A stretch of DNA of 45,239 bases, the filler included, from Catajapyx aquilonaris (Eukaryota): NCBI GenBank assembly GCA_000934665.2. It is 2 parts of 2 records of this genome, joined end to end, with 100 filler letters (N's around TTAATTAATTAA, not from the genome) between each part and the next. Parts side by side here need not be neighbours in the genome. Positions count along the whole stretch, not along the records: positions 22,905 to 45,239 come from JYFJ02005883.1; 1 more part is not named here. One strand, given 5' to 3'. The notes under the pieces are model-generated. The model was given only the letters and a program-made list of their open reading frames with translations, was not told the DNA's origin and did no database searches. Made by a program: the position numbers and the translations under genes. Of the stretch, positions 26,432 through 38,461 are shown piece after piece (within the stretch, counting starts at the first letter, position 1; each line of letters starts with the position of its first letter).

Positions 26432-27283
26432 CACACTGTGGCGGATTGAAAAAAAAATGGTCCGAAATAGAAAAAGTTATTTGATTGCCTTGAAATTTGT
26501 TATGGGGGGGGTTCCAGGTTGCTGATTTCAAATCTGCCGTCAAAATGGTAAAATTCAATATAGTGGATATGTGGGAGTATGCGCTCGTACGTGCATAATT
26601 ACGTTGTCTCTTGCCTATTATAAATATCCACAGCAATTTTGCTCCAATATATGACCTTAGCATTTGGCGAATCATAAAAATGTTTTCAAACGCATGTCCT
26701 AGTACTGTACTGCCATGTTTATATGGAGAGGGGAGGGGTGGAAGACCATGGAAGAATTTGCCCAATTACTTTTAATATAGCAATTTTAGCAACATATTAA
26801 TGTTGCCTTGAATAGGCGAGGGCCACAACTTTGAAGTGTCATGTGTATGTCCGTGAAGCAGTGTGAAGCAATTCTTGTAAGTAAAAAAACAGCCCCGTAA
26901 CTCTTATCAGCATTGCCCTAAAACACCTTTAGCACCTCCCGCAACATGGCATTGTAACATATAAAAATGGCATGTACAGGTACATCATGCCTTTGTGCAC
27001 AAAATCCATGCTGAAAAAACTGTCACAAAAGCACCAGAGAGGGACCAGCAGCCACGTGATTTAGAGCCTATTGACTCTCTCAAACACTCTCATAGAGAGG
27101 GGGAAATGACTGCCACACAGCACGTGTTTATGTCAGCAGCTTACCATGTTTTAACATGACTCAGGGATTCTTCAATTTGTATGCACCAGGGTATTGGCCA
27201 CGTAGTAAGACAGGTTTTTCAACCATCTGCTTTCTTTCAATTTTTTATTTTTGACCGGCTTTTTTGCAATCCGCCACAGTGTG
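26432..27283. mobile_element. CAC-terminated non-autonomous DNA transposon (Chapaev/CMC-like)
   Basis: ACCG|CACACTGTGGCGGATTG...CAATCCGCCACAGTGTG|ACCG: perfect 17-bp TIR extending imperfectly to ~45 bp, with a 4-bp TSD. Confidence 0.8.
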
Positions 27284-27471
27284 ACCGACTGGGGTCATGC
27301 CAGCGGCTAAGATTAATAACAAGACATTCTTCACCATGTTATGTGGCAGATTTAAAGCAATAATTATTGTCACCACGTCGATGTTATCGCCCAGGCCGAT
27401 ATCCAGTGAAAAATGCGCTTATAGGCTTGTGTTGCTAGTAGATGTATGGCTTTGGGGTGACCGCACCAGTA

Positions 27472-27872
27472 CAGTGCTGGACAAATTAGCCGTCGCTGAA
27501 TGTTTTTTTCGGCGGCGACGGCGGCGGCGTTACCTGGCAACCCCATCCGGCGGGCATATTCAAACATCAGCCCATGCAGAGTGCTTCGATTGTTGCCACT
27601 GTTTACAAATCGGGTGAGTGACGCGGACGACCCAGCGACGGGTCTCTTCTGCCTGCTTATACAGTATCTGCAGGGGAAAACGGGGAAAATAATGATGTTA
27701 GAAGCAATAAGTCATTTTGGGGTCACTCACTCGATTTGTACAGAGTGGCAACAATGGAAGCGCTCTCCATGGGCTGATGTTTGAATTGGCCCGCCGGACA
27801 GGGTTGCCAGGTAACGCCGCGCCGCCGCCGCCGGAAAAAAACATTCAGCGACGGCTAATATGTCCAGCACTG
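27472..27872. mobile_element. Tc1-type fold-back MITE
   Basis: TA|CAGTGCTGGACAAATTAGCCGTCGCTGAATG...CATTCAGCGACGGCTAATATGTCCAGCACTG|TA; ~150-bp arms. Splits a copy of a dispersed repeat. Confidence 0.9.
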
Positions 27873-29164
27873 TACTGTCCGTCTTGTGGACCTGCCAGGG
27901 ACGGTACGTCGCATTGTGTGATAATTTTAGTTAATTCCGAGCGTTAGCGAGCTGGGTGCTTATTGTGGGTTGTGTATCCGCAACATGTACTGTCCTTCTT
28001 GTGACGCCGCAGGCCAATGAACGTTATTGTGGCTTTGCCAATCAGTCCAACATCTGGACATAATTCCACAATCCTCATACCTGACCGCCAAGTAAAACAA
28101 AGAAAAATCCCCAATCCACTTGGTCCGGAACCCACGGAAACTATTTTACAGATCGTACGGTAACCCGCCGGTAAAGTAGGGTTAAACCCATTTATCTATG
28201 TAGTCATAGTAACGGCATTAACATCTGCCACGTTCGTAATTACAGCCACAGTTACGCATTATTCTGAACAGTTATCCCGGCGCGCCATGCCGAAGCTCAA
28301 CTCCACCTTTTCCCCCAACCTTTCTCCCCACCCTTTTATGGGGAAGGAAGTGGGCACACTCTTCTGCCGTGGACTTCTTTTCACATTGGACTTCGTCTGT
28401 CGTCTGTAGTTGGGTAGGAATTGTAATACAGGTTTCAGAAGACACAGAATATGATGTTCAGAAAATAATACAAGCACATTTCCTTCCAGGACTTGTAAAA
28501 CATTGGTCAAAGTTTTTTCCAGTTTTTTATGTAAAATATAAAATTCAAAACTTTAAAATGAGTAAAATAATTTTGATTTTTGAACTTTCACTCGCAACTT
28601 GTTTGAGTGGAATAATCTTCATGAAAAATAAATGAATGATAATGCCAGGCCCACTTTTAAAACTATTTTTGGAAAAATATGTCCCGTCCGTCACCGATAC
28701 TTTGCCTCGTCCGATACCTAGATTAATTATTATTCTACCAATCACATGACCACTTAAGTTTGGACTGAACCTGTTTTGTTGACATGATAGTCTTCTACAA
28801 CACACTGAAAAGTTATTTCTGAGATGTCCAGGAGAACAGAGTTTTGCTATTATGTGTTCTAGGGTGAACTGCATAGTGATAGCCAGTTTAGCGTATTGGT
28901 CAGAGCAATACATGAATACCGTCAAAATTTCTTTCTGCATAAATTTTCTAAAATGTTTATCTAATAGGAGAGGATTTGATAGTCCACATTCTATCAAATT
29001 CATTTAAATCTGTCAGCATGTGTGCGTATATTTAAATGCACAAAATATACTGCCTAAAAGACAGTAATGGCCACCCCTACAAATGATAATGGCCAGGTGC
29101 CAAGAGAGTGATGATCATGGCAGCAAAACAATAGGATATCTACAGTAGGAAACTAAGGACAGTA

Positions 29165-29666
29165 GCCCTCAGACGGTGACGTGCGAAATGTTCGCTCTCC
29201 GGTGACGTGGGCACTTTTTGTGACCAAGCCATATTTTTTGTTAAATCTGGCGAAATATAGAACATTCGGGCTTCACCATTGAGACAATCATAGTGTGATT
29301 TCTTCTACGACAAATAGAGTTTAGTTTACATTTTTTGAGAAAATTGTGCGATCAGAAAAAAATCGGAAAGAAAATCAGTCGGGGCCAATTCCCGGGGGTA
29401 GGGGGATTCCACCCCTTGGCGGCCTGTGATGCCACCGGGAGCCGCCAGACCGGACCTTGGTCAGGCCCCAACTACGCATTGCCGCCTAATTTATTTTTTC
29501 CTGGTCGCACTATTTGCTCAAAAAATTTAAACTAAACCTCATTCATCACAGAAATAGTCAAACGAAAATGTTCTCAAAGATGAATCTCGAATGTCCTAAA
29601 TTTGCCAAGTTATAGCAAAAAAAGGGTCGTTGGTCACAAAAAGTGCCCACGTCACCATCCGAGGGG
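29165..29666. mobile_element. Diverged TA-flanked fold-back MITE
   Basis: TA|GCCCTCAGACGGTGACGTG...CACGTCACCATCCGAGGGG|TA; GGTGACGTGGGCACTTTTTGTGACCAA is inverted at ~29630-29656; arms extend ~170 bp. Confidence 0.72.
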
Positions 29667-29681
29667 TAGGGACTATTGGTG

Positions 29682-30084
29682 GAGTCGCCGGTCAGAACGT
29701 CACATATCCATGGAGACAAATTTTCCGCCAGGGCGTGATTTCTGCAATAGCTACCAGGAGCCTCACATATGCTTGGACATGGTTACACAGTTGCAGTGCC
29801 AATAGAGAATGACAAGAATCAAGCCATGGGCGCTGCCATGTTGACACGCTCACTCTCCATGATTGGCCATTTGGGATATGTGTCACTATGCCCCACAGCA
29901 GTAAGAGAATAAAGCGTGACATTTTGCTCCACCACTCATTTTTCATGCTGAAAACAAAATGGTTTCTGTGTCGCTTTGAAACACAGGAGTTTCTGTAACT
30001 ATGCATTGGAAGGTGAACAATATTTTAGTACCAAAATCTCATTTTCGCCCGCGGATGGATATGTGACGTTTTGTCCGGCGACTC
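29682..30084. mobile_element. Non-autonomous TIR element
   Basis: GAGTCGCCGGTCAGAACGTCACATATCCA...TGGATATGTGACGTTTTGTCCGGCGACTC (29-bp TIR, 2 mismatches); TSD not resolved. Confidence 0.65.
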
Positions 30085-30631
30085 ATATTATTTGGTATTA
30101 AGACCGCAGGCATATCTGACACGAGATAAATCCACACAAAAGCATGCAGGTTGAAGAAAATGGCCGTCACTGTATGGCATGTATGACATGAGCAGCAGGT
30201 ATGTTTGTGAGGTGCCATTACTGCTCTTGCAATGGCCTCAGTGAACCGATTTTCGACCTAGTTCGAGCCAAGGGTTCCAGGTGTCACAACATGGTCACTT
30301 TTTCATGGTGTGGCATTTACACTGGTTATTATTTCTTAAAGAACCAAGACGCAGTGGCCCATCACTGTAGGGCGGGCCATCACTGTACGGTTTACCATAT
30401 ACCTATCAAATGCATGTCCATTTCATGTCCCGTCCGTACCCGACTTAATGATATTAAATCACCATGTTAAAGCATAAATTACCAACATCTAAACACTTTG
30501 ATACCAGCCCTACAGAATTTATATTTGAAAAAAAAACATCTTTTGTCCCGTCCGATACCGTGGAATGACCCATAAGAAAAATATGCGGGAAACTGATGCA
30601 TACGCATTAATATAAGTTTAACTATACTGAC

Positions 30632-30706
30632 CTTCTTAATGTTCCGTGCAAGAAGAACAAACTTGAGATCAGGGGAAACTGAAAAACGAAGTGCGCGGGC
30701 ATTCTT
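30632..30706 (-). CDS. DPP10: DPP10/DPP6-like exon (SxSPD propeller blade)
   Basis: ...ggtttacag|AAGAATGCC...ATTAAGAAG|gtcagt; 75 nt, phase 0/0, after a 97-nt intron (30707-30803). Encodes KNARALRFSVSPDLKFVLLARNIKK, matching the family motif YS(I/V)SPDxx(F/Y)(I/V)LL..N..K. Confidence 0.9.
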
Positions 30707-30803
30707 CTGTAAACCAACATGCAAAACAACGAATTAGTACTGGCATAAGACTATTTGAAAGTTTGAATGTAAACAATGCAGTATAGATTTTACAAGTACT
30801 TAC

Positions 30804-30898
30804 AAATGTGACATTTGACATCAAGACATGAGAAGTAAGCGTAGTGGCATTAAATACCGAAACGCCTCCATCAGAATCACGGAAGACGAACTCATGAT
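30804..30898 (-). CDS. DPP10: DPP10/DPP6-like exon (start of beta-propeller)
   Basis: ...tttatttcag|ATCATGAG...GTCACATTT|gtaagt; 95 nt. The phase 1 start completes G|AT (Asp) with the upstream exon. Encodes (D)HEFVFRDSDGGVSVFNATTLTSHVLMSNVTF, which aligns by eye to DPP4 DHEYLY...NILVFNAE..SSVFLENSTF. Confidence 0.9.
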
Positions 30899-31007
30899 CT
30901 GAAATAAATAAATATGTGAATATGAGAATTTTCGCATGAAAATTGCAAGACTTAATCATCATTACAATCTATCCGGCAGTTGATGAATATATGCTCGTAT
31001 AAACTCA

Positions 31008-31694
31008 CAAGGGAACGGTCAGGGTCGAGGACCTCCGATTTGGTTGAAACTGGCTTGAGGGGTCATTCATGTGCGATAGACACAGTGGTGAAAGTGTTAG
31101 CTCGCACTATCCAGCCGTTTCCGAGATATGAGCGACAGTAACATCCGAATTTTGGCCACGCGCATTTGCCGGGAGCCGCTCTGCCAGCTCCAAATCCCTT
31201 CTACCTTGATTCCCCCCACTTTTTTCGATCCCACACCACCATCCCCCCACTCCCCCACCAACATTTTCGTTTTCCATAGTTTCTTTGCTCCGGTATTTAT
31301 TATGAGTTTTCCCCATTACCCAATTTTAGGTATAGAAGCTCTTTATTCGCAGTTGACAGGAGCGAAAGAAAGCAGCTAGATGGTCTCATAATAAATACCG
31401 GAGCAAAGAAACTTTGGAAAACGAAAATGTTGGTGGGGGAGTGGGGGGATGGTGGTGTGGGTTCGAAAAAAGTGGGGGGAATCAAGGTAGAAGGGATTTG
31501 GAGCTGGCAGAGCGGCTCCCGGCAAATGCGCGCGGCCAAAATTCGGATGTTTCTGTCGCTCAATCTCGGAAACTATCTCGGAAACGGCTGGATAGTGCGA
31601 GCTAACACTTTCACCACTGTGTCTATCGCACATGAATGACCCCTCAAGCCAGTTTCAATCAAATCGGAGGTCCTCGACCCTGACCGTTCCCTTG
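31008..31694. mobile_element. Fold-back DNA element with ~300-bp arms
   Basis: TCA|CAAGGGAACGGTCAGGGTCGAGG...CCTCGACCCTGACCGTTCCCTTG|TCA; near-identical arms 31008-31306 / 31385-31694; apparent 3-bp TCA TSD. Confidence 0.9.
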
Positions 31695-32726
31695 TCAGTG
31701 GAAGGCATTGAGGTAGACTCATTGACTTTGGTCCTGCAAAAGCCAATGCATTTCAGCCCGTAAGCGTAATCGTATTTAGGTGCAGGTGAAAATCTTGTCA
31801 AGTTGATGACGGCGGGTGTAATCTTATGTGACAAATAATATTTATTTCTACCAGAAGACATAATCACGTTCTTATCTTCTCGTTGGCTTGTAATTTGACT
31901 TTGATGTCGAGAGTGCGCCTTTCCAGCGTCCAATTAGGGATGTCGGCAGAATCTGCCTACTTAATTCGGCAATCAAGTGTTGGCACAGTATCTCCGAGCC
32001 AAGAAAGATCGCACATTTGCAATGAGCTTTTGATTGTTTCCTCACCACAAAACCGATTAAGTCTTATTATTTTATTCTGCCTTCTGATATACTGGTGGGT
32101 CATTCCACCTCATTTCAGGGAACATGGTGGCTCGACCAACTCCGATTTTCTTGAAATTTGTCATAAAGGTATACACGGCGGACACATTGCAAAATTCGAA
32201 GTTTCAGCTCCGTAGGACAATATGACGCCGAGAAATGGCCGATTCAAAAATGGCGATTTTTGAGTTGCAGATTACTGAAATTCTTTTTTATCTCTGGAAG
32301 TAACACTCTCCACCTAATAAATTTATATATTTTCTTGAGGTATTTAACCACAGAATTCAGCGAAATAATTCATGTACATATATCTGCAACATTTCGGACA
32401 CTGATAAATTAGCCAAATCCCGGTCAAATCTGCACTTTTAACATCATTAAATGATGTTAAAAGTGCAGATGTCTTAATTCATTACATCGCTCTGGTGAGC
32501 CGGAATTGTACGCTGTGATTAAAATTGGAATGCGATAGTCCAAGACCTTCATAAGGGGAAAAATCATACAATCAAGGTTTTTCGCGAATTTTCTATTTTT
32601 TGATCCAAACTTTCGGCAGGTGGGACTGGATTGGTTTTCGTTTTATTGGCCGTAAATCCTCCTTCACGTCATATATTATGATACATATGGTTTCCGACAG
32701 TGATAAGTGCGTAGTGAAATTTTTCT

Positions 32727-33343
32727 CCCCGTACGATATCTTTTGGATGGCACTTAAAATGATCAGGGCAATGTTTAATTGACATTTCCGCAAAATCTGG
32801 AGAACCCTTTTTTGATATTTGCCAAATATAAAAGCATTTTAGTTGCAAGACGTGTAGCGTAAGAGTAGTCACCTCAATATTAGGAGTGAAACTACTCCAA
32901 ATGTGTTGGTTTAAATATTCATGCTACAGATCGTGAGAATTCCAGATTCTACCGCTCCACATTAGTAATAATAAATAGCAATTTTAGTGACATACTAAAA
33001 AGATAAGTCGCATAAAGTTAACAGAAGAGCCCATTTTTAAGCGCCTGTATTAACTTTATGCGGATTATCTTTTTATTAGGCAATAGCGAAATCGGTATTT
33101 GTTATATTCTATGAAGTGCTAGAATCAGGCATTCTTATAATGTGCAGCATGAATATTATTTTAACACAACATATTTTGAGTAAATTCATTATATTGAGGT
33201 GACTACTCTTACGCTACATGTCTTGCAACTGCAATGTTTTTATATTTGGCAAATATCAAAAAGGGTCCTCCAGATTTTGCGGAAATGTCAATTAAACATT
33301 ACCCTGATCATTTTAAGTGCCATCCAAAAGATATAGTACGGGA
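32727..33343. repeat. Inverted repeat (~170-bp arms) within a decayed DNA-transposon remnant
   Basis: 32727-32898 is the reverse complement of 33178-33343. Related sequence occurs at 33350-33642 and 44300-44590. Confidence 0.82.
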
Positions 33344-33655
33344 CGATTAATAAGAAATATCAAAATCAAAGTTTTGGGATCCATCTTTGCCTCTAAATTT
33401 TTGGATTTTTCCATTTTGGGTAAGACCATCTCCTGTATCATAAAAATACCTTTCGCATGCGTATATCAAATATAATATTTGACGTGAGCTTCTCCGAGTT
33501 ATGGTCCTCCAAATGAGGTGACTATATTACGGGAGGCGTTTGGAACCAAAAAAGTTATTATTGTCGGCAAATATCGAAAAAGGGTTCTCCAGATTTTTCG
33601 GAAATGTTAAGTAAACATTGCCCTTGTCAATTTAAGTGTCATAATGATTAGTCTC

Positions 33656-34332
33656 GGGGAGGCACCGAAGCAGTAGTGGTGTAGTGGTATGGTGTCCGAC
33701 TGCTAATCGGGAGGTCCTGGGTTCGAATCCCGGAGGCCGGCGACCCTGACCACGGTTTTCTGTGGTTTCCCATAGTCCTTGCAGGATAATTCCGGGGTCG
33801 TTACCGTAATATAGGCCACAGCCGCCTCCTTCCTTCCCTTTATCTGCTTCATTCCGGTGATGACAAAAATAGTAAAAATTGGAAGAGTTCCAGACAAAAA
33901 ATTGGGAGAAATCCCCCCCTAGGAAAGCCCGTAGGCTGATAATGGGGTATCAAATTATTAGTCTCGGGGAGGCGAAGTGGCGCTGCGGTAACGTACGCGC
34001 TCACGGATGTTAAGGTCCCGGGTTCGATCCCAACTCGGGGACACCCCCTTCATGTCGTGCAGAGTTCATGAGTCGTCTCTGACTTCGTCTCGGGTGGAAT
34101 TTCCAACAGACAAAACCACCCGGGGGAGTTCTCTAAAAAATGGCCATGTTTAAGACATTGCACTGCACCTTCCACATCCCCTCCTGTCATCCTGCCTGTG
34201 GGTCCGGGCGTTTCAAATGAATTGGCACCAAAATGTATCTCATTAAATAAAGGTCCGTGCGATATGCCCCCATGTGGGGGCGAAAGCCCATTACCCCAGC
34301 ATTATTTATTTATTTATTATTTATTATTTATT
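33656..34332 (+). mobile_element. tRNA-derived SINE (family B), interrupted by SINE A
   Basis: A box TGGCGCTGCGG, B box GGTTCGATCCC (34021-34031), (TTAT)n tail; 14-bp TSD TAATGATTAGTCTC at 33642-33655 and 34333-34346. Confidence 0.88.
33664..33956 (+). mobile_element. tRNA-derived SINE (family A) inserted in the 5' end of SINE B
   Basis: A box TGGTGTAGTGG, B box GGTTCGAATCCC; 17-bp TSD ATTAGTCTCGGGGAGGC at 33647-33663 and 33957-33973. Confidence 0.9.
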
Positions 34333-34398
34333 TAATGATTAGTCTCAATCAATGAGTGCATTTTACGTACTATCTCCTAAGTCGTAGGTACAGATTAA

Positions 34399-35272
34399 AG
34401 CACTCCACTCAAAATGCAAGTTGGGCTCTAAAAATCGGGTAAAAAATCCTGATTCCTAAGGTGCAATCCCTTGCTCTCACCCGAACGGTAACCCCATGGC
34501 AAGAGGTCAGACTCGTAAAACAATAATAGTATAGTATAGTCTCCCGCTCAGCGAATGGCGACGCCTGGTGGCAAGAAAACCATCCTGGCGGCCAGACGGC
34601 GAACCACACCTGGGACCTGGGCGAGAGGGGCCTAAACGCTATTTTCTAGCAGCTACAAGTAACTGCTAATGACACGTCTTTCGCCTATAGACCAGTGCGT
34701 GCTACACCTAATATATTATTGTTTAACAACAAAATGACTAATATTGTAACCTGGAATACACCAATAGTGCTTCAAATTGGAATTAGTCATTGAAACAGAG
34801 CCATTAGCAATCTTCTGGGCCCTAACACATCTTAACTACTATTTTCAAACGCGTCTCGGTTATTCCAAGATGGCGCATCTTAGTGCTCCGGGACGCTGCT
34901 CCGGGACGGAATGTCATGGAAAAAGAGAGTGCGCTAACTAATACGGAGGCTAACGAGGCACTCAGAAGCACAAACTTTTCAGACTGTCTCCGTTCCAGTC
35001 TGCATGGGATCCTTCCGTACTAATTTGAGCCACACGGTGAGGAGGTGACACCTTACGATAATTCGCGCAGGACCCGAGTTGGATCCTTGTCTGCTTCCGC
35101 GCCCTCACCTGGTGTAGTCGCCACCGGCGCAGGGCGCGGTTTTCAAAAGACACACTTTCATCTTTAGCTATGGGGTTACCGTTCTGCGTAGAAAAAAATG
35201 AATTGCACCTTCGGAATGATTTTATTTGCCCGATTTTTAGAGCCCAACTTGCATTTTGAGGGGAATGTCCCT
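34399..35272. mobile_element. TTAA-specific non-autonomous element (Kolobok-like)
   Basis: TTAA|AG..CACTCCACTCAAAATGCAAGTTGGGCTCTAAAAATCGGG...CCCGATTTTTAGAGCCCAACTTGCATTTTGAGGGGAATGTCCCT|TTAA; ~70-bp TIR. The purine (AG) start favours Kolobok over piggyBac (CC start). Confidence 0.75.
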
Positions 35273-35898
35273 TTAAGCTACGACAATTATTTCATCTCGG
35301 TGACTGACTGCCTGATGTATACTTAATAAGATCAGTTTATATTTAAAATTCAATGGCGACACCTTCATTTGAAACTAAAAAGGCGAGGTATACTTTTCTG
35401 AGTAAGAAAGTTTCTACTCTACAGCTGCCGTGTGCATATATAATTATGTCAAGAGGACCATGGACGTGGCTGAGGATGACATTGTTTGTTTCGACAGATG
35501 CAATTGGCACAGGATAATAAATTAAGAGTGTGAGATCAATGTACTTTTGCTAAGATTATGTATCACCTTGTTCGTTAGGTGTAGTAGTAGCTACTATGGA
35601 CGGACATTACCAATAGAAGAAAGCTCGACTTCAAAATATTACGTAAATTTTAAATTTCAAATTTTGACTTTTAAAAATTACGAGCAGGTACAGTGTATGG
35701 CTGTGTTGAGTTGGTGATAAGCAGTAGTTCCTGCGGCCAGTGCTTTGAATGTTTGGATAAAATCAGTCCAGATTATTGTGTGTCATGACGTACGTGTCAT
35801 GTGTGTCGTCCAGTGGTCCAGAGAGAGTCATGTGAGCCGTAGTACGAGTACGCCTGCATTTCTAATGATAGGCCAGTATAGCAATATATTACTTAGCA

Positions 35899-38032
35899 GG
35901 CTGGTTCCATTTCAATCCAGGCAGAGGGTGCCCAGTCATGTTCTTCGATTTTTTTTAAATATATGTGAAACCCACATCCAATTGAACCCTTATGGAGCAA
36001 TCAGTTTTACGAGATTAAATTTAGTTGTCGAGATATTAATATTTCTTTCAAGGGGTACCAAAATAACCTTCACGGGAAGGTGCACTTTTTCCATTGTTTT
36101 CAATGAGTATAATTCGGGAACTGTTCTGAAAACCAACATGAAATTTTTAACTCATGCTTTTGGAATAACACGCTGTAATGTAATGCATAAATCTACCTTA
36201 TTTAACGGTACAGTCACCTGCAAAAAAATCTCCAACATTGCATATTTTGGTCAAAATTCCCATATTTCGCAATTTATTACGGCGTTATGGTAAACGTGAC
36301 GGTTATGCCGATTATATTTTGTGATATACTCGGGGACCCCCTCCAGGTTATGAAATAAAAACTTTGTTAGCTCCGCGTGTAGTTGAGATATGCGAGTTGA
36401 AAATATGGCAACAAGCGAAAACACGCACATTTCAAAAAATTATTTTCTCAAAAACGCCATTTATTTATTTATTTATTATTTTACACGGACAGACAGGTTT
36501 TAAAATGAGGTAGTGTCAAAACCCGGTGCATACCTTTTGTAAGTGAGATACAATTTTTTTCAGATGACAAATTTCGTCATTGTGCTACAATATAAATATT
36601 TTCTCGAAGAAGCCATATTAAATATTTCATCGTTATTTTTGTATAACAAAGTAGCAGAAGAAGAGATACACCTGGTCAAAGTATGGTCATATGAGAAAAC
36701 ATGACTGAAAAATACATTTTTTATTCAAAAATGCAATTTTTTATTGATTTTATTTTCATTTGTGTAGATAATGACGCTCTCTTTCAAAAGATATATTACA
36801 AACCCGGAGCATACGCATAGTACTTGAATTATATATTTTGAATGTTGCTCTGGGTTAAACCCACTTCATGACAAATGTGTAAATTGCCCCAAGCTTTCTT
36901 TTTTCACACTATATCTTTTGAAAGAGAGCGTCATTATCTACACAAATGAAAATAAAATCAATAAAAAATTGCATTTTTGAATAAAAAATGTATTTTTCAG
37001 TCATGTTTTCTCATATGACCATACTTTGACCAGGTGTATCTCTTCTTTGAATACAGATATTAATGATATTATTTGTCCTTACAACATGCCCTTTAACAAC
37101 GTTGTACATAATTGGTTTCATTTGTATAACCTTAATAATAACTCCATAATAAATTGCGTACTTAGTGAATTTTCAGCACAACAAGCACTTTTGGCGATTT
37201 TTTTGAAGATGACTGTACCAGTAAATTACGGCATTGTGCATACCGAATTTTGATGTAATTTTATAATAGAACCCATGCTACTTTGTTATACAAAAATAAC
37301 GATGAAATATTTAATATGGCTTCTTCGAGAAAATATTTATATTGTAGCACAATGACGAAATTTGTCATCTGAAAAAAAATTGTATCTCACTTACAAAAGG
37401 TATGCACCGGGTTTTGACACTACCTCATTTTAAAACCTGTCTGTCCGTGTAAAATAATAAATAAATAAATAAATTGCGTTTTTGAGAAAATAATTTTTTG
37501 AAATGTGCGTGTTTTCGCTTGTTGCCATATTTTCAACTCGCATATCTCAACTACACGCGGAGCTAACAAAGTTTTTATTTCATAACCAGGAGGGGGTCCC
37601 CGAGTATATCACAAAATATAATCGGCATAACCGTCACGTTTACCATAACGCCGTAATAAATTGCGAAATATGGGAATTTTGACCAAAATATGCAATGTTG
37701 GAGATTTTTTTGCAGGTGACTGTACCGTTAAATAAGGTAGATTTATGCATTACATTACAGCGTGTTATTCCAAAAGCATGAGTTAAAAATTTCATGTTGG
37801 TTTTCAGAACAGTTCCCGAATTATACTCATTGAAAACAATGGAAAAAGTGCACCTTCCCGTGAAGGTTATTTTGGTACCCCTTGAAAGAAATATTAATAT
37901 CTCGACAACTAAATTTAATCTCGTAAAACTGATTGCTCCATAAGGGTTCAATTGGATGTGGGTTTCACATATATTTAAAAAATCAAAGACCATGACAGGG
38001 CACCCTCCGTCTGGATTGAAATGGAACCAGCC
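35899..38032. mobile_element. 2.1-kb fold-back DNA transposon with 4-bp TSD
   Basis: AGCA|GGCTGGTTCCATTTCAATCC...GGATTGAAATGGAACCAGCC|AGCA. Arms 35899-36656 / 37276-38032 plus 36658-36795 / 36910-37047; 114-bp spacer; 37048-37275 is present only in the right arm. Confidence 0.93.
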
Positions 38033-38461
38033 AGCATAGTTTTTTGGGGTTCGAGAAGTTGTATTCATTATTTAAAATTTTATATTGCACTAGATATTAC
38101 CCAATAATGTGAGAATGTGTTTCTTCCTGTTAAAATTAACATGCGCATCCTCCATTATTGACTGTCCTTTTCATACGGAAATGTCGTGCTGATGATAATT
38201 AAGTTATGATGATGGATGCATCGCGAAGTGAAGCAAACTTGTCAAAAAAATTAAAAACAGTTGTGTTTTAAGCCCAATAATTATATTACGACAACAAGTC
38301 TATATACGAATACCAAATTACACTTACGACTCAAGTTATTCTCTATAGTGATCAAGAGTTTACCATAAAACACCGTATATTGTCAAAATTCACAGTTACT
38401 ACGACATTATGCATGTAAACCACTACTGCAAATTTTATCACGATACAGGGTGATTATTATA

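Noticed and set aside
28545..29003. 152-aa minus-strand ORF as a further DPP exon
   Set aside because: No similarity to the expected next segment (xxRHS(F/Y)xAxYxIYD) or to any DPP4-family motif I recognise.
33664..34040. Functional tRNA genes
   Set aside because: A/B boxes are present but there is no proper acceptor stem, and both heads continue into SINE bodies with tails and TSDs.
35745..38068. Duplicated 'genes' 35745-36293(+) and 37640-38068(-) with identical peptides
   Set aside because: Mirror ORFs produced by the inverted arms of one fold-back element, with no recognisable domain. The same applies to the pairs 31128/31300, 38575/38642 and 43802/44611.
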